From Carcharhinus amblyrhynchos (lineage: Eukaryota), in contig OZ336878.1 of assembly GCA_965287045.1 (NCBI GenBank), positions 36,642,001 through 36,706,000 on the forward strand: 64,000 nucleotides of DNA. The letters are read 5' to 3'. Below the pieces are notes generated by a model. That model ran no database searches and had not been told where the DNA came from. It was given only the letters and a program-made list of their open reading frames with translations. The position numbers were made by a program, and so were the translations under genes. Shown here one piece after another: positions 27,686 through 40,430 of the stretch (position 1 is the first letter of the stretch; each line of letters begins with the position of its first letter).

Positions 27686-28570
27686 ATGGCAGGGGCTATG
27701 GGGAGGAACATAAGCTGTGTTAGGTGCCACATGTGGGAGTTCTTGGAGGCATCACGTCTCCCGAGGGTCCACATCTGCGTTAAGTGTTTAGAGTTGCAGC
27801 GGCTAAGGGCCCGGGTCAGACAACTAGAGGGGCGTTTAGAGGATGCGTTTCTGGTCAGGGAAAATGAAGAGTTAATAGCTAGGAACCATGAGCAAGAGGA
27901 GGTCCCAGGGGCTGAGGAGCAGGATGGGTGGACAACTGTCAAGAGGAAGAAGAAGAATAGTCCCGGTCCTCAGACCTCCCCAGTGGCTCCCCAAGGTTCA
28001 TCGACAGGGGCACAAAAGGATAGACAGGAGGGCCAGAATGACTTAGAGGGACAGAAGGGGGCTGGCAATGTGACAGTGGTAGGGAATGGAAAGGTCAAAG
28101 GAATCGACAGGAGGTTCTGTGGGCAGAGGCGTGACTCCAGGATGGTGGTCTGCCTCCCTACAGCAGGGGTACAGGACATAACGGAAAGGATAGAGGGAAT
28201 TTTGAAAGGGGAGGGGACCCAGGCAGAGGTAATAACACACGCAGGGGAGAGGGACGTAGGAAGGCGGAATAGGGTAGATGTACGTAGGCAATTTAGGGAG
28301 TTGGGGTCCAAACTGAAGAGCAGGACCTCCAGGGTGGCATTCTCTGGGCTGCTGCCTAGTACCAGCAGGGCTAGGAATAACGAGATCATGTAGCTGAATG
28401 CATGGCTGAGGGATTGGTGCAAGGTAGAGGGATTCACTTTTGTAGACCACTGGGAGGTATTTGAGAGAGAAGGGCAACTGTATAGGAGGGATGGGGAAAA
28501 TTTGATTGGGAGAGGGACAAATGTCTTAGCAGGGAGGTTAGCTGGAGTGTTTAGCCAGGGTTTAAACTAA
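27686..28570 (+). pseudogene. CR1 ORF1 (Cys-rich motif, coiled coil, SGNH esterase-like fold); premature TAG at 28391-28393
   Basis: CVRCHMWE...HICVKC, LQRLRARVRQLEGRLE, GIDRRFCG...MVVCLP; the frame continues after the TAG as LNAWLRDWC...GLN*. Confidence 0.8.
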
Positions 28571-28591
28571 TAGGGAGGGGGGGGTGGGGAT

Positions 28592-31477
28592 GTGACTGAT
28601 AGCTCAGTAGACACTGGGGTCAGGAGGGAGTTGGGTGAAAGGGTAGGTTTGGGTGAAAGGAAAATTATCAGGGAGACGGACGGTCTGAGAGGCACTGGTG
28701 GGTTGGACTGCGTCTGTTTCAATGCGCAGAGTGCGACGGGTAAGACAGATGAGCTTAGGGCCTTGATGTTTGTGAGGAAGTTAGATGTGGTGGCAGTAAC
28801 GGAGACGTGGTTACGTGAAGGGTAGGATTGGCAGCTGAACGTTCCTGGGTATAAGTGTTTTAGGTGTGACAGAGGAGGGTTGAAGAGAGGTGGTGGGGTG
28901 GCGTTGTTAGTAAAGGAGCACATCACAGCAGTGCAGAGGGAGGACAATGTGGAGGAGTTAGGGATTGAGTCGCTGTGGGTGGAGTTGAGGAATAAAAAGG
29001 GAGAGATTACGATGCTAGGGGTATACTATAGGCCACCCAACAGCCCAAGGTCAGTGGAGGAAAGTATTTGCAGAGGCATTTTAGATAGGTGCAGAAAGAA
29101 TAAGGTGGTTGTAGTGGGTGACTTTAACCTTCCTGGAGTGGATTGGAAGGTGCCTAGAGCTGGGGGTACGGAGGGAGAGGAGTTTGTAAAGTGTGTGTTG
29201 GAAGGGTCCCTAAAGCAGTACGTAACTAGCCCAACTAGGGAGGGGGCTATACTGGATTTAGTGCTGGGAAATGAGCCGGGGCAGGTGGTTGAGGTTGAGG
29301 TAGGCAAACATGTGGCTAACAGTGACCACAAGTCCGTCTACTTTAGGATAAAAATGGAAAGGGATGAGTGCCGGCCAAAGGGGACGGTTCTGAACTGGGG
29401 GAAGGTGAGCTACAGTCAGATTAGGAGGGAGCTGAAGGATACTGATTGGGGGAGGTTGTTAGCTGGCAAGTCCACGGTTGGTAAGTGGGAGGTTTTTAAG
29501 GGCAAACTGAAAATGTTGCAGGAAAGGCACGTGCTGGTAAAGAGGAAGGATGGGAAAGGCAGGATTAGGGAGCTGTGGATTACAGGGGGTATAGAAGACT
29601 TGGTCAGGAAGAAGAGGGAGGCATATGTTAGGTCGAAACAACTGGGAACGGAGAGTGCGCTGGAGGAATACAGAGAGAGTAGGAGGGAGCTAAAAAGGGG
29701 AGTTAGAAGGGCAAAAAGGGGGCATGAAATGGCCTTGGCCGATAGGATTAAGGAAAATCCAAAAGCATTTTACTCTTATATTAGGAGCAAGAGAGTGGTT
29801 AGAGGGAAAATTGGTCCTCTTAGGGACAAGGGAGGGGAGCTATGTATCGAGACTGAGGGAATGGGGGAGATCCCGAATGAATACTTTGCGTCGGTATTCA
29901 CGAAGGAGAGGGGATTGGTGACGTGTAGTGTCTTGGAGGGAGCTGTAGATCAGTGGAAGGAAATATCCATTACGAGGGAGGAAGTGCTAAGGTTTTTAGG
30001 TAGCATAAAAACGGATAAAGCTCCGGGGCCTGATGGTATTTATCCCAGGCTGCTTAGGGAGGTGAAAGATGAAATTGCTGGGCCTCTGACACAAATCTTT
30101 GTCTCTTCTTTGGACACAGGTGAGGTCCCAGAAGACTGGAGGGTGGCTAATGTGGTACCACTGTTTAAAAAGGGTAGTAGGGATAGCCCTGGTAATTATA
30201 GACCAGTGAGTTTGACATCGGTGGTAGAAAAATTATTGGAAAAAATTCTTAGGGATAGGATGTATGAGCATTTGGAGCGTCGCGATCTGATTAGGGATAC
30301 GCAACATGGCTTTGTTCGGGGGAGGTCTTGCCTTACGAATCTGGTGGAATTCTTCGAGGAGGTGACAAAAACGGTTGGCAATGGGCGAGCCGTTGATGTC
30401 ATCTATATGGATTTCAGTAAGGCATTTGAAAAAGTCCCTCACGGTAGGCTGGTAGAAAAGGTTGAGGCACATGGGATACAAGGACAGGTAGCTAGGTGGA
30501 TCGAAAACTGGCTGGGAAATAGGAGACAGAGAGTAGTTGTCAAGGAGACCTTTTCTGACTGGAGGCCAGTCACCAGTGGTGTGCCGCAGGGCTCAGTACT
30601 GGGACCTCTCCTCTTTGTAGTATATATAAACGACTTGGAAGAGGGTGTACGTGGTGTGATCGGCAAATTTGCAGATGACACCAAGATGGTAGGATTGGCA
30701 GTTACTGAGGAGGACTGTCAGGTGACACAGCAGGATATAGATAGGTTGGTGTATTGGGCAGATAGATGGCAGATGGAATTTAATCCTGATAAATGCGAGG
30801 TGATGCATTTTGGAAGGAATCATGCAGGGACGAGTTATGTGATAAAAGGTAGGCCGATTAAGAGTATAGAGATACAGAGGGACCTGGGAGTGCAGGTGCA
30901 CAACTCTCTGAAGGTGTCGACACAGGTAGAGAAGGTTGTGAAGAAAACTTATGGAATACTAGCCTTTATAGGAAGGGGTATAGAGTATAAGAGCTGCCGT
31001 CTAATGCTTCAGTTGTACAGAACGCTGGTTAGACGGCATTTGGAGTACTGCGTCCAGTTCTGGTCACCTTACTACCAGAAGGACATGGAGACCCTGGAGA
31101 AGGTGCAGAGGAGGTTTACCAGGATGTTGCCTGGCATGGAAGGACTGAGGTACGAGGAAAGGTTGGAGAAACTGGGGCTCTTCTCCTTAGAAAGACGGAG
31201 ATTAAGGGGGGATATGATAGAGGTATATAAAATACTGAAGGGAATAGATAGAGTAAACAGTGGTAGGCTTTTCCCTAGATTGGGGACAATTACGAGAGGT
31301 CACGATCTAAGGGTGAGGGGGGAGAAGTATAATTTGGATATGAGAGGAAGGTTTTTCACGCAGAGGGTCGTGGGGGTATGGAACGTGCTACCGAGTAGGG
31401 TGGTGGAGGCAGGCACGTTGGACTTGTTTAAGATTTACTTAGACAGACACGAGCGAAGCAAGGATGGAGAGTTATAG
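28592..31477 (+). pseudogene. CR1 ORF2 (APE endonuclease + reverse transcriptase); one premature TAG at 28823-28825
   Basis: FNAQS, VTETW, GDFN, SDH endonuclease motifs; PGPDG, YRPVSL, QGSVLGP, FADD RT motifs; 865-aa open stretch 28880-31477. Confidence 0.9.
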
Positions 31478-32039
31478 TAGAGGGTATTAAATAGGGTCAG
31501 AGCCTCGGGACGACACCAGAAATGTAGTTTTATATGTTAACGTATTGTCTTTTTATTCCACAGGGTCGGTCCACCTTGTTGTCAAACAAGGGGCATGCAC
31601 ATGGTGGGTCGTGCGTGGGCTGCTCTTGGAGGTTCCGGGAGTGGCCTAGTACTTCGTGTCGTTGTGTGTGCTTAATCCTGGACCAGCAGATGGGCACTGC
31701 AACAGCTCAGTGACTATCACTGCTAGCTGCGCAGATACATGGATTTGGGCCTGTGTCTGTGGGAGTTTGTGCATTCTCCCTGTGGTTGTGTGGGTTTCCT
31801 CCAGGCGCTCCGGTTTCCTCCCACACCCCAAAGATGTGCTCTTAGGCTGACTGGTGTACCAAATTGACACTATTCTCCCCTGAATCTGGCGACATTAGGG
31901 GTTCCACTCACATACACACAGGGTGGGGTAGGCGTGGGAAGATGCGGCGGCGCGGGCTCGTTGGGCCGAAGGGCCTGTTTCCCGTGCTGGGATGTTCTTT
32001 GTATACTTATAACTGTTACTTTTCAGTGCTAAAGAGGTT

Positions 32040-33920
32040 GAACTTCTTGGAGCTGCACTCATCCAAGCAAGTGGAGAGTATTCCATCACACACTTGAACT
32101 GTGCCTTGCACATGGTAAACAGGCTTTGGGAATTAGGAAGTAAGGTATGTGCCGCAGGATTCCAAGCCTCCAACCTGCTCTTGTAGCCACAACACTTATA
32201 TAGTTAGTCCAGTTCAGTTTCTGACTAATAGCAGCCCCTGCCAGCCCCCCGATGTTGATAGTAATTCCCAAATCACCAATCATTTGTAAAAACCTGAGGA
32301 TAGAGGAGAACAACATCTATCCATTCAGCTGATTACAAAAATCACAATTTAGCTATTTCACAACAGAATACTTACTATTGTTCTCATAACAAAATGAAGC
32401 AAAAACAGATTTGAAGTGGCTCAGGCAAGACAAATCAACACATTTATGTTTTTAACTCCTTCGAATGAAAGCTAAACCCCAAACAAGATGCACTGACTGA
32501 TTTTTTTTCTCTAATAAAATGCCAATTTTTACAAAATCTAATCTGGCCATTGCATTCCAGTATTAAGACCAATGTTTGGTATTTTCCAGATATGGTTTAT
32601 GATGCTGGATGAATCACCTGCAATTGATTGAGGCATCAGAAAAGAATGACAAAGCCCTGTCAACTTTGCAAAGTCGTCCATACCAACATCTGCAAACTTG
32701 TGCCAAAATTAGGGGAGTTGCCCTACAGACCAGTCAGGCGATAGCCTGGCATTGTCTGCAAGGAATAATTTGGAGTATAACTATGCCCAAACACCGCAAT
32801 CACTATCCCTGGGTATATCCTGTCCAGCCTGAAGTGGGGAGGGCAGTGTTGCCTTGGAAGTCCTAAACATCGACTTTGAATTCCACAAAGTCTCACGGCA
32901 TCAGGTCAAACATAGACAAGGAAACCCACTGCTGATTACTGCCTGCAGCCTTCCAATAGTTGATGAAACCAGTCCTTCATGTTGAACACAAATTGGAAGA
33001 GGCATTGAGGTGGCAAGGGCAGAAAATGTACTCTGGTTGGGGGAATCTTAACTTCCATCACCAAAAGTGGCTCAGTAGCATTACTATTGACTGAGCTGGC
33101 AAAGTCTAAGGAGCTAGCTGCTAGACTGGGCCTGCAGCAGGTAGTGAGGGAACCAACAAGTGGGAAAAACATGCTTGGTCTTGTCCTCACCAGTCTGCCT
33201 GCCAAGATGCATTTGTCCATGACAGTATTGGTAGGAATGATTACTGCACAGTCCTTGTGAAGACAAATTCCCATCTTCACATTAAGGATACGCTCCATCA
33301 TGTTGTGAAGCATTACTTGTGGTTAATAGGATAGATTTTGAACAGACATAGCAACTCAAAACTCAGCATCCATGAGACACTGTGGGTCATCATTAGCAGC
33401 GAAATTGTATTCAATCAGAATGTCATGTATGGCCCAGCATATTCCCCATTCTACCATACTGGGGGATCAACCCTCATTCAAAGACAAGTGCAGGAGGGCA
33501 TGCCAGGAGCAGCACCAGGCATCCCAAGAAATGTGGTGTCAACCTGGTGAAGCTACAACCAGGACTACCTGCATGCTAAATAGCTGAAACAGTATATGAT
33601 AGACAAAGCTAAGTAATTCCACAACCAACAGATCAGACCTAAGCTCTACAGTTCTGCCACAACCAGTCATGAATGGTAGTGGACAATTAAACAACTAACT
33701 GCAGGAGGAGGCTCCACAAATATCCTCATCCTCAATGAGGGAGCCCAGTGCTTCAGTGCAAAAGATAAGACATTTGCAACCATCTTCAGCCAGATGTGCC
33801 AAAGTGGATAATCCATTTCAGCTTCCTTCCAAGATCCCCAGCAGGACAGATATCAGCCGTTAGCAAATTTAATTCACTCCATGCGAAATCAAGGCTGAAG
33901 ATGCTAGATACCACAAAGGC
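32040..33920. mobile_element. Fragments of a second CR1/L2-superfamily LINE lineage
   Basis: MEYSPLAWMSAAP-type RT C-terminus on the minus strand (32040-32270) and a degenerate EN region on the plus strand (32620-33920). Confidence 0.6.
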
Positions 33921-33972
33921 TGTACAATGGAGCCTGTAAATACTACAAAGGCTGTACAATGGAGCCTGTAAA
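33909..33972. repeat. 32-bp tandem duplication
   Basis: taccacaaaggctgtacaatggagcctgtaaa repeated with one mismatch. Confidence 0.8.
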
Positions 33973-34939
33973 CATAAATGAGGCAGTTTAAATTTGTACT
34001 GAGATTATTTATCCATTGTTCTGAGTATAGCAGCTACAAGATTGATTTTTAAGTCTGCAGCACAGAGTTAAAGAACAAAGATGAGGGTTCAAGGCTTGCA
34101 AGTTGGGTAGAGAATGAGAGAAAAAAAAGATGCTCTTGTCCCTTCAGCTGTTACTTGTCCTTTACTGCTGAAAAAAAACAGCTGCTTAAACAAAGGGCAT
34201 CTGGTGCATCACATGACCCTTCCCAGCCAACTGCCAAGTGGCCCAAAAATGGTCATGACCAGTTTATTCTAGGTGTAACTGGATTAGATCATTGCTGGGA
34301 AGTCCTCTCTCAGCCAGTGCCCCATTGTCCCGGTAAATATTAAATTGTTTGTCTCCACCCAGCTGAATACCCCAGGTGATTGTCTAAATGCTACGTTAGT
34401 GGTTAGGTGCATTGACCTGAATAGGTCTGTGACAACTAGGGGAATTTCACAGTAACTTCATTGCAGTGTTAATGTAAGCCTTACTTGTGACTAACAACAC
34501 ACACACACTCACCTTCTTCACGCGCACGCGCCCCCCCCCTCCCCCCTGCCCCCCCAACTTCAAGGGCATTGTCCCTCATGAGGCTTTGTAGATAGGTTGT
34601 TTCTATTTCAACAGTGATGCAGATGTACAACCGTCTTTGGCTGTGATCGATCTCAAGTCACTGGAATTTGGCTTTAGCCTTCATTTATAAAAATCAATTA
34701 GTGTTTGTCTGCCATTAAATTAAAAAAACATTTTTGATATAAAGCATGGTTTCCCAACATCCTGGACAATATTCTGACATGTGGGCCGAATATTACTTGC
34801 CATTTAAGTGTCAGGAAACGATCATCTCCAAAAAGAGAGAATCTAACTATGGTACCTTCTCATAATATTCAATGTCGTTGCCATGCCCCACTGTCAACAG
34901 GGAGTTACCACTGACCAGGAACTGAACTGGAGCAGCCAT

Positions 34940-37595
34940 ACAAAATAGGATAGAATTTACTTTCCAGTTTTAAAGTGAGAGATGTGAGTCCACAACTAAA
35001 GTTTTTAACATAAAATAGTTTAGTTAATTAGTGTCACAAGAAGACAATGGCAACCATGAGGGTATGGGAGGCAGAAACAGCTACGGTGAAGTGGGAAAAA
35101 GTATTATAGAGTTGCAGCGGCAAAATATTCAGGAGATAATTAATATCTCTCAGCAAAGATTTATCCCAGTGAGAAAGAAACACTCTGAGAAGGATGCATC
35201 AGCCATGGCCAAATAGGGAAGTTAAGGATAGAAAGAAACACTGCAAGAGCCAGCAAAGAATTTACTAAAAAAGACAATAAAGATGCAGAAAGCAGAGTAC
35301 AAGAGAAAACTAGATAGTAATAAAAATAAATGGTAAGGGTTTCTACAAGTATTTGAATAGCAAAAGAGTAACTGAAGCCAGTGCTCGTCCTCAAGAGTGC
35401 TAATTTGGAGAATGAATCATAGAAAATGAAGTAGCAGAGGCATTGAGCAAGTATTTTGTGTCTTTACAGTACAAGACTTAGAAACGTTCCAAAAGATAAT
35501 TGAAAATCAAGAGGTGATAGAGAGGAGTGAACTGAAAAAAATCATGAGAGAAAGGAGCTCAATGCTGACAATTCCCAGGATTGGATAGCCTGCATCCGAG
35601 GGTTTTAAAAGAAGTGGCAGCATAGATAGTAAATGCATTGTTTATGGGAAGGTTCTCAGCAGACTGGAAAATAGTTAAAGTTACACCTTCCTTCAAGAAA
35701 GGAAGGAGGCAGAAAATTAATTTAAGCAGAAAATAAATTTGACATCTGACATAGCGAAAGTGCAAGAATCCATTATTTAAGGGGCTATAGCAAAATACTT
35801 AAATCATAATGTGATCAGGCAGAGTCTACATGGCTTTGTGAAAGGAAAATCTTGTTTAACTAATCATAAAAGCAAATTACTATGGATTCTAGAATCTGAG
35901 ACCAAAAGAGAAAACGCTGGAAAATCTCAGCAGGTGCTGCCAGACATGCTGAGATTTTCCAGCATTTTCTTTTAACTAATCTATTCAAGCTTTTGTCAAA
36001 ATAACATTCAAGGTGGAACCAGTAGGCATGGTGTACTGAGTTTCCAAAAGGCATTTTGTAAGAGGCCACATCAAAGGTATTATGTAGGATAGGGCATAAG
36101 GCGTAGGAAGTAATATACAAGCATGCAAATTGGGATGAAGAGGCATTTTTCAGATTTTCAAGCTACAACCTGCAGAGTGTCACAAAGATTAGTGCTGGCT
36201 CAACATTTACAATCTATATCAATTACTTGGGGGTGAAAGAAACCAAATGTATGGTAGCTAATTTGCCAGTGACATCAAGATAATGAGCAAGAAGAAAGTA
36301 ATAAATGAAGTTGTCAAGAGAAGGTAGAGAGACCGCAAAAGGATATAGACAGGTAAGTATGTGGGCAAAAAGTTGACAGATAAAGTATAAATATGGTGAA
36401 ATGTGAATGTGCTGATTTTAGCAGAAAGAATAGACAGCCTTAAATGTGGGTGGCATGATTAGGAAATTTGTATAAAAACTGGCCATGTACTTGATAATGA
36501 AGAGGGTAGTTGTCAACTCCAGAATTATATCAATGGTTTGGTCGAGTGGGCAGAAGCTGGCAAATGAAACTCAAGCTGGAAAAACATGAGGCAATGCCTA
36601 AGGGGAAGGCAAACAAAGCAAGGGACTACTCAACAAACAGGAAAATATTGAGAGCGGTTGAGAGAGTGAGGGTCCTTTGTGGCAGGTGAACAAGTTGATC
36701 AAGAAAGCATATGGAATGCTTTTCTTTATTGGGTGAGGTTTGGAATACAGAACGATGTAATGATGGAAATGTATAAGACACCAGTTAGGCCATAACTGGA
36801 GTTGTGTGCAGTTTCAGTTACCAGATTACAGGAAGGACATTAGAGAGCAGCCTGTATCTGCATCTGAAGTATTGCAAGACCTGCAAGACTATAGATCGGG
36901 TACTAGAAAATGGGATTAAAATAAGTAGCTAGTTAATTTTTCTCTTTTTGGCCAGTACAGACATGATAGGCTGCACCATAACTTTTCTTTGGTTTTAAAA
37001 GCAGTATACTATCTAAATTGAGAAAGACTGCAGATTAGGTGGTCCCAAGGGTATCTAAGTATTTTGGTACATGAATCATAAAGTTAGTATGCTGGTGCAT
37101 CAGGTTTATGAAGGCAAATGGAATATTGGCATTATTGCAAGGGGAACGGAATACAAATGTTTGGCTTCAAAACATGCAGGGCCTTGGTGAGATGACATCT
37201 GGAAAACTGTGCAGTTTTGGTCTCATTTAAAGAAAAATAACTGCTTTAAATGCAGTCCAGAGAGGGTTCACCCATTGCATTCCAGGCCTATGCCTATTAG
37301 AGTTTAGAAGAAAGAGGGTTTATCTTGTTAAAACATACAGAATCTTGAGTGGATACTGGAAGAATATCCCCTTTGTGGGGGAATGAGAACTCGCCCCCCA
37401 ATTCATGAGGGTCCTGTGTGGAATTTTCTTCCTGAGAAGGCAAAGGGGCTGCATCTTTAAATTTATTCAAGGCCAGAATAGATTTTGCCAGGCAGATGCA
37501 GACAGGAAAGTGGAATGGAAGAAACAACCAAATCAGCCATTATCTTATTGAATGGTGGAACAGACTCAAAGGACCCATGTCATGGTCCTCTTATG
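34940..37595 (+). mobile_element. Old degenerate CR1 fragments
   Basis: Decayed RT motifs and 3' UTR remnants. Confidence 0.6.
35905..35975. repeat. Short palindromic (Penelope-remnant type) hairpin
   Basis: gaaaacgctggaaaatctcagca ... tgctgagattttccagcattttc. Confidence 0.6.
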
Positions 37596-38460
37596 CAATG
37601 TGGGAATTCAGGGACTGTTCTGGTGTCCCTGGCTCCTTTATATTGCAAGTAGCGCGTCCAACTGCAGCTCCTGTTCGACAGCTTGGCAGCACTGGAGCTG
37701 CAGATGGATTCACTTTGGAGCATCCACAATGCTGAGGAAGCCATGGATAGCATGTTCAGTGAATTGGTCACACTGCAGATAAAAGTTACTGAGAGAGTTA
37801 GGAAATGGGTGACCAGAGTAAGAGTAAAGCGGCAGTACAAGGGTTCCCTGTGTTCACCTCCCTCCAAAACAGGTATACCACTTTGGATACTGTTGGGGAG
37901 ATGACTCTTTTTGCACCGCAACTTTTCTTTGGGCGGTTGGCAGACCCAGGTTCATGTCACCTTGGCTGACTCTGCTGCGCAGGAGGACAGGAAAAAGAGT
38001 GGCAGAGTTATACTGATAGGGGGCTCAATTGTAAGGGGAATAGACAGGCGTTTCTGCAGATGCAAACGAGACTCCAGGATGGTATGTTGCCTCCAGAATG
38101 TCTCAGAATGGCCGCAGGATATTCTGGATGGGGGGGGTGCTTTTAAACAGCCAGCTGTCGTGGTGCATATAGGCAAAAAAAAGGATGAGGTCCTACCAGC
38201 TGAATTGAGGGAGTTAGGAGTTAAACTAAAAAGTAGGACCTCAAAAGGTAGTAATCTCAGGATTGCTACCAGTGCCCTGTGCTAGTCAGAGTAGGAATGT
38301 CAGGATAGCCAAGATGAACGTGGTGTGAGAGATGGTGCAAGATGGATGGATTCAAATTCCTGGGACACTGCAACCAGTTCTGGGGGAGGTGGGACTAGTA
38401 TAAAATCAGATGGTCTGCACCTGAGCAGGACTGGAACCAACGTCTTTGGGGGAGAGTTTG

Positions 38461-39400
38461 AACAAAGAACAAAACAACACAGGAACAGGCCCTTCGGACC
38501 TCTAATGCTGGATCAATCATGTGTTCCTAACTAGACCATCCATTTGTATCCCTCTATTCCCAGTCTGTTCATATGGCTATCTAGACAAGTCTAAAATGAT
38601 CCTAGCATGTCTGCCTCAAACACCTTGTTTGGTAGTGTATTCCAGGCCCCCACCACCCTCTGTGTAAAATACATCCCCCGTGTATCTGTATTGAACCTTG
38701 CCCCCTTACCTTGAACTTGTGACCCATTGTGTTTGTCATTTCCGACCTGGGGAAAAGCTTCCAATTGTTCACCCTATCTATACCCTTCATAATTTTATAA
38801 ACTTCTGTTAGGTCGCCCGTCAACCTCTGTCCTTCCAGGGAGAACAACCCTAGTTTACTCAATCTCACCTCATAGCTAATACCCTCCATACTAGGCAATA
38901 TCCTAGTAAACCTTTTCTGCACCTCTCCAAAGCCTCCACATCCTTCTGGTAGTGTGGCTACTAGAACTGGATGCAGTATCCTAAATGTGGCCTAACCAAC
39001 GTTCTACAACTGCAACAACATATGCCAACTTTTATACTCTATGCCCCATCCAATAAAGGCAAGCAAGACATATGTCTTCTTCACCAGCTTTTCCAACTGT
39101 GTTGCCACCTATAAGGTCCTGTGGACTTGCACACCCAGATCACTGTCTGTATTCCTGATGGCTCTGCCATTTATTGTATAGCTCTCCCTGACATTAGAGC
39201 TACCAAAATGCATCACTTCGCATTTATCTGGATTAAATTCCATCTGCCATTTCTCCACCCAATTTTCCAGCCTATCTATATCCTGCTGTATTCTCTGACA
39301 ACGTTCATCACTATCCGCAACTCCAGCGATCTTTGTGTCGTCTGCAAACTTACTAATCAGGCCAGCTACATCTTCTTCCAAATCATATAAGTATATAATA
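38461..39400 (-). mobile_element. Nested minus-strand CR1 3' fragment
   Basis: RT C-terminal peptides on the minus strand; TTTG duplicated at 38457-38460 / 39401-39404. Confidence 0.85.
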
Positions 39401-39831
39401 TTTGCTAGTGCTGTCAGGAAGGGTTTAAAACTAATGTGGCAGGGATATGGGAACCAATGCAGGAAGACAGAGGGAAGTAAAGTGGGGACAGAAACAAAAG
39501 GCAGCAAGGGGAAAAGGTGAAAGGCAGAGAAACCAAAGATAAAAATCAGAAAGGCCCATAGTACAAAGTATAGAGACTGTGGAGAACTCAATGAATAGGT
39601 CCAATAAGTCTAAGAGAATTAAAGTACGGAGTGTGTACAAAACATGACTGTACAGATCGTCTGAGAAAGTAGGGCAGAGGACAAAGAAAACCTAGATTCA
39701 ACTGCATTTATTTCAATGCAAGACGTGTGACAGGCAAGGCAGATTAACTCAGGCCTGAATGGGTACATGGGACTGAGAGGGGCAGGACCAGCAGCTCAAT
39801 ATTCCAGATTACAGCTGTTACAGGAAAGATA

Positions 39832-40430
39832 GAACATAAGAAATAGGAGCAGGAGTAGGCCATCTAGCCCTTCGAGCCTGCCCTGCCATTCAATAAGATC
39901 ACAGCTGATCTGAAGTGGATCAGTTCCACTTTCCCACCTGCTCCCCATAACCCTTAATTCCCTTATCTATCAGAAATCTATCCACCCGTGACTTAAACAT
40001 TTTCAACGAGGTAGCCTCCACCACTTCAATGGGCAGAGAATTCCAGAGATTCACCACCCTCAGAAGAAGTTCCTCCTCAGCTCTGTTCTAAACTGCCCCC
40101 CTCTTATTTTGAGGCTGTGCCCTCTAGTTCTGGTTTCCTTTCTAAGTGGAAAGAATCTCTCTACTTCTACCCTATCTAGCCCCTCCATTATTTTGTAAGT
40201 CTCTATTAGATTCCCCCCTCAGCCTTTTGAACTCCAACGACTACAGGCCCAGTCTATTTAATCTCTCTTCATAAGCTAACACCCTCATCTCGGTATCAGC
40301 CTGGTGAACCTTCTCTGTACTCCCTCCAAGGCCAATATATCCTTCCGCAAATAAGGGGACCAAAACTGCACACCAGTGCCTTGTACAGTTGCAGCAAGAC
40401 CTCCCTGCTTTTATATTCTATCACCCTCAT
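39832..40430 (-). mobile_element. Nested minus-strand CR1 3' fragment related to the young subfamily
   Basis: gaacataagaaataggagcagg tail followed by RT C-terminal sequence. Confidence 0.8.

Larger units (their letters stand above)
27249..32003 (+). mobile_element. Near full-length CR1-clade LINE (HER1-like), antisense in ZYG11B intron 1
   Basis: G-rich 5' UTR, ORF1, APE-RT ORF2, and a 3' stem-loop tail (gggccgaagggcctg...tgttctttg). Confidence 0.9.

Noticed and set aside
33909-33972. 32-bp direct repeat as a CRISPR-like array
   Set aside because: There are two adjacent copies with no spacer, at a LINE truncation point in a vertebrate intron; it is a simple tandem duplication.
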